DNA of 64,000 bases from assembly GCA_964016885.1 (NCBI GenBank), contig OZ024743.1, positions 228,904,001 through 228,968,000 on the forward strand, written 5' to 3'. The notes below the pieces were generated by a model. The model saw nothing but the letters and a program-made list of their open reading frames with translations, ran no database searches and was not told where the DNA came from. The position numbers and the translations under genes are program-made. The stretch comes from Eledone cirrhosa. Taxonomy: Eukaryota. This document shows positions 61,197 through 64,000 of this stretch, one piece after another (the first letter of the stretch is position 1; each line of letters starts with the position of its first letter).

Positions 61197-63689
61197 TAAG
61201 CACTCAATAAATAACGAGAAAATTCAGTATACACCTAAATCCCTCCAAATTCTTTATTATTATTTTTTTTAGAAGTATTTTTACAATCAAGGAATGTTCG
61301 CATATTTAAAAGTAATAAAAAAGTGAAAAAAATTAAATAGCAAAAGCAGGGAGAAGTGGGGAGCAGCAAACTCTTACACTCTGGTCAGCTGTGTCTTGTA
61401 GACAAAATGGTAAAGGCATTGCCATGGAGAACAGCCAGTGACACCTGCTGCATCAGCTACTTTACTCCCTCCATGGGCCTCCTTCCTCAGACAGGATGTA
61501 CTCCTCCCGATTTTGTGGAGGAAAGCAGCACTTGAAGGTCTGAGGACATTAGAGGCTTCAACAGTGGCTGTCATGAAAAGCAAGCTATCTTTGTCCCCTC
61601 TGCATTATGGGTGGTAGTACCCAGGGTTGTGACCAAAACAACAAGGTTGAAGAACATGTCACAGCACATGACATCCCTTGAACAGAAAGCAGGTTATTTC
61701 GCTGGGCATTTGTCATCCCCAAGGTCAAGGCTGGTAGTCTCCAGTTATGACTGGAAGCTGGTTGCATCAAAGCTCCCTAGTGTTAACCCACTCATTGAAA
61801 TATATCTGCTGAAAGACAATTTCAAGATAACCAGGAATTTGAAGAGATTTTCTAATATAACTAAGTTACAGGACATTCATGCATGTATACATACATACAT
61901 CAGGTTTCTGCCGTTTCTGTCTATCGTATTTAACTATTTGGGACTGAACCCAAAACCACAAGGTTGCAAAGAGTATTCCTCAACCAAATAGCCATAGATG
62001 CACCTATACATATTTTTTTATCAGTTCTTTCCATCATCTCTCATCACCCTCTCATATCACATAACTCTACTATCGCAACACTTACACAGACTATGAACAG
62101 TCTAATGAAGCCTTTAAAATATTTTTGTGTGTCCATATGAACAGACAGAAAGACAGTCAGACAGGCAACCAAAGACGTGTGTGTGTGTGCATGCGCACAT
62201 GTGTGTGTGCATATGTGTGTGTGCAAATACACAATACAAACAATGCACAAAAATTCCTATTAGTTCATTTTTCTCCAATATTTTTACGTTCTAGTTTTAA
62301 TAAAACATAGAAACGTACAAACATATATACATACATTCATATGTATATAATATACACAAGCCCACACAGAGATACACATATATCCATGCACATATATACA
62401 TACATATGTATACTCAATAGGAATTTATCCTGCGTTTGGGGTTGGGGTGGGGGAAGGGAAGGATATGGATGGCTGAAAGAGAAAAAGGAACAGAATGAGA
62501 TGAAAGGATAGAAGCTGAAAACAATGAAGAAAGAAAGATAGATAGATAGATAGAACAAAAAAAGAACAAGAGAAAGAATGAAAGAAGGAAAAAAAAACAA
62601 ATAAGAAAAAATAAAAAAGAAAGAAAAAATAGAAAAATGAAAGGAGGGAATCATTCAAGAAAGAATGAAAAGTAAATGATTTAAAAAGTACATAACTGAA
62701 AAGCTAACAAGAATAAGGAAAAGCTGGAGTTAGCAAGATATTAAATAACTGGCAGTAAAAGACAAGTGTTGGAATTTTAGCAAGACATTTCTAACATAAC
62801 AGGCTTAATGGAAAATAAAGAGTCACCAAGGATAGAAATAAAGCCTGTGGGTGGGCTGAAATAGGGGTAAAGACAAAGTTGAGACGGAGGTTGGGAGGGG
62901 AGGTAAGGCAGCAGCATGGGTGGGTAGGTGAATGAAGTAGTAGTGGGGTGGGTGTGTGGATGTAGCTTGCTCATGCTGCTGTTGTTGTTGTATTTATTAT
63001 AATGTTCTACTTCCTGTCCTGTTATTGAAAGAAGGAGAGGGAGTAGAATGGAGACAGAGAGAGATTGTTTGAGTGTGTGTGTGTGTGTGTGTGTCACACA
63101 AAGAGAGTGTTTCTGTGAGTGTGGATGAATGTGATATGTGATACACAAAAGAGTGTTTCTCTGTGTGTGTGTGAGAGAGGGAGAGCATGTTTGTGAGCAT
63201 GTGTGTGACACTTAAAAAGAGAGTGTTTCTGTGTATGTGTGTGTGTGTGTGTGTGTATGTGTGTGACACTTAAAGAGAGAGTGCATGTGTGTGTGTGGTT
63301 GTCTGAAATTATAGATGTATGAAAGAGAGGGGGAGAGAAAGAAAGTTCGAGAGGGAGGGAGAGGGAGAGAGAGAGAACAAACAGTATGAGTTGGTGGTTT
63401 CCTCTTAGGGAACTCTTACAAAACAATTACATTTTTTGCTATTGCTAGAGAAGTAGTATCCTGACAAACATTCTCTTCTTCACTGTCACTTCTCAATGTA
63501 TTGGTGAAGCAATTCAGTGATTGAATCATCAGGTGGTTGCCATGAGACAGGTGAAGTATGGTTTAGTCATCAGGTGGTTAGCATTCGACAGATGGCTTTA
63601 AACATTTCTTTAATATATTTCTAATGAAAAGACTGCCTATGATTTTCAAATCATTTCGAAAATAAACAAGGATTTGGAGGGATTTACTA

Positions 63690-63868
63690 ATAATTGTTTC
63701 TACTTTTGGCACAAGGCCAGCAATTACCCAGTGCATTACTGGTACTTTATTTTATCGACCCCGTAAGGATGAAAGGCAAAGTCAACCTCGGCGGGATTTG
63801 AACTCAGATCGTTAAGGGACATAACTATGCTGGAAAGCATGGCATCCGACCCTCTACCGATACTGCCA
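63690..63868 (-). mobile_element. SINE copy
   Basis: Very similar to the reverse complement of 54820-54995. Confidence 0.88.
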
Positions 63869-64000
63869 AAATAATATATAACTTTCTCATTTTTGTTTTT
63901 TCTAGTGTTTGGAATGTAACTTAACCACTGTTACTATGCAAAATTGTGACGGAAAGTTTTCAATTAAATATAAACACTTATTATATTTCTAATAAAAGAC

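Noticed and set aside
61370-61790. GC-richer stretch with short ORFs
   Set aside because: No coherent frame or splice signals; at best a very old LINE remnant.
63520-63580. Two minus-strand CTGATGA motifs in a short direct repeat (tcatcaggtggtt x2)
   Set aside because: No GAAA or stems in the right places.

Overview
Repeat-saturated, AT-rich eukaryotic DNA (intronic or intergenic). The SINE/LINE repertoire and the kilobase-scale (TA)n tracts suggest an octopus or other coleoid cephalopod; this is inference. No host protein-coding gene is recognisable, and nearly all long ORFs in the track are (TA)n, (CA)n, (CT)n or (CAC)n artefacts. The real coding remnants are all retroelements: a 5'-truncated Penelope-like element (PLE; RT C-terminal half plus GIY-YIG endonuclease) with ~1.15-kb inverted pseudo-LTRs, a near full-length RTE-clade LINE with a few frameshifts, several RTE 3' fragments, and CR1-, L2/CR1- and Tx1-like 3' ends. 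There are also many tRNA-derived SINEs and a hAT-type MITE. The main hidden signal is a set of minimal type-I hammerhead ribozyme motifs read by eye: five complete motifs from three sequence families, plus one folded-back half motif. Two lie in the PLE's inverted arms. Two lie in diverged copies of a non-coding ~466-nt unit that has PLE-style architecture (partial tandem plus inverted arm) and looks like a retrozyme. One lies in a ~290-bp orphan insert. All sit in (TA)n tracts, and several of those tracts also hold fold-back inverted copies of neighbouring DNA. Ribozyme activity, mobility and novelty are untested.
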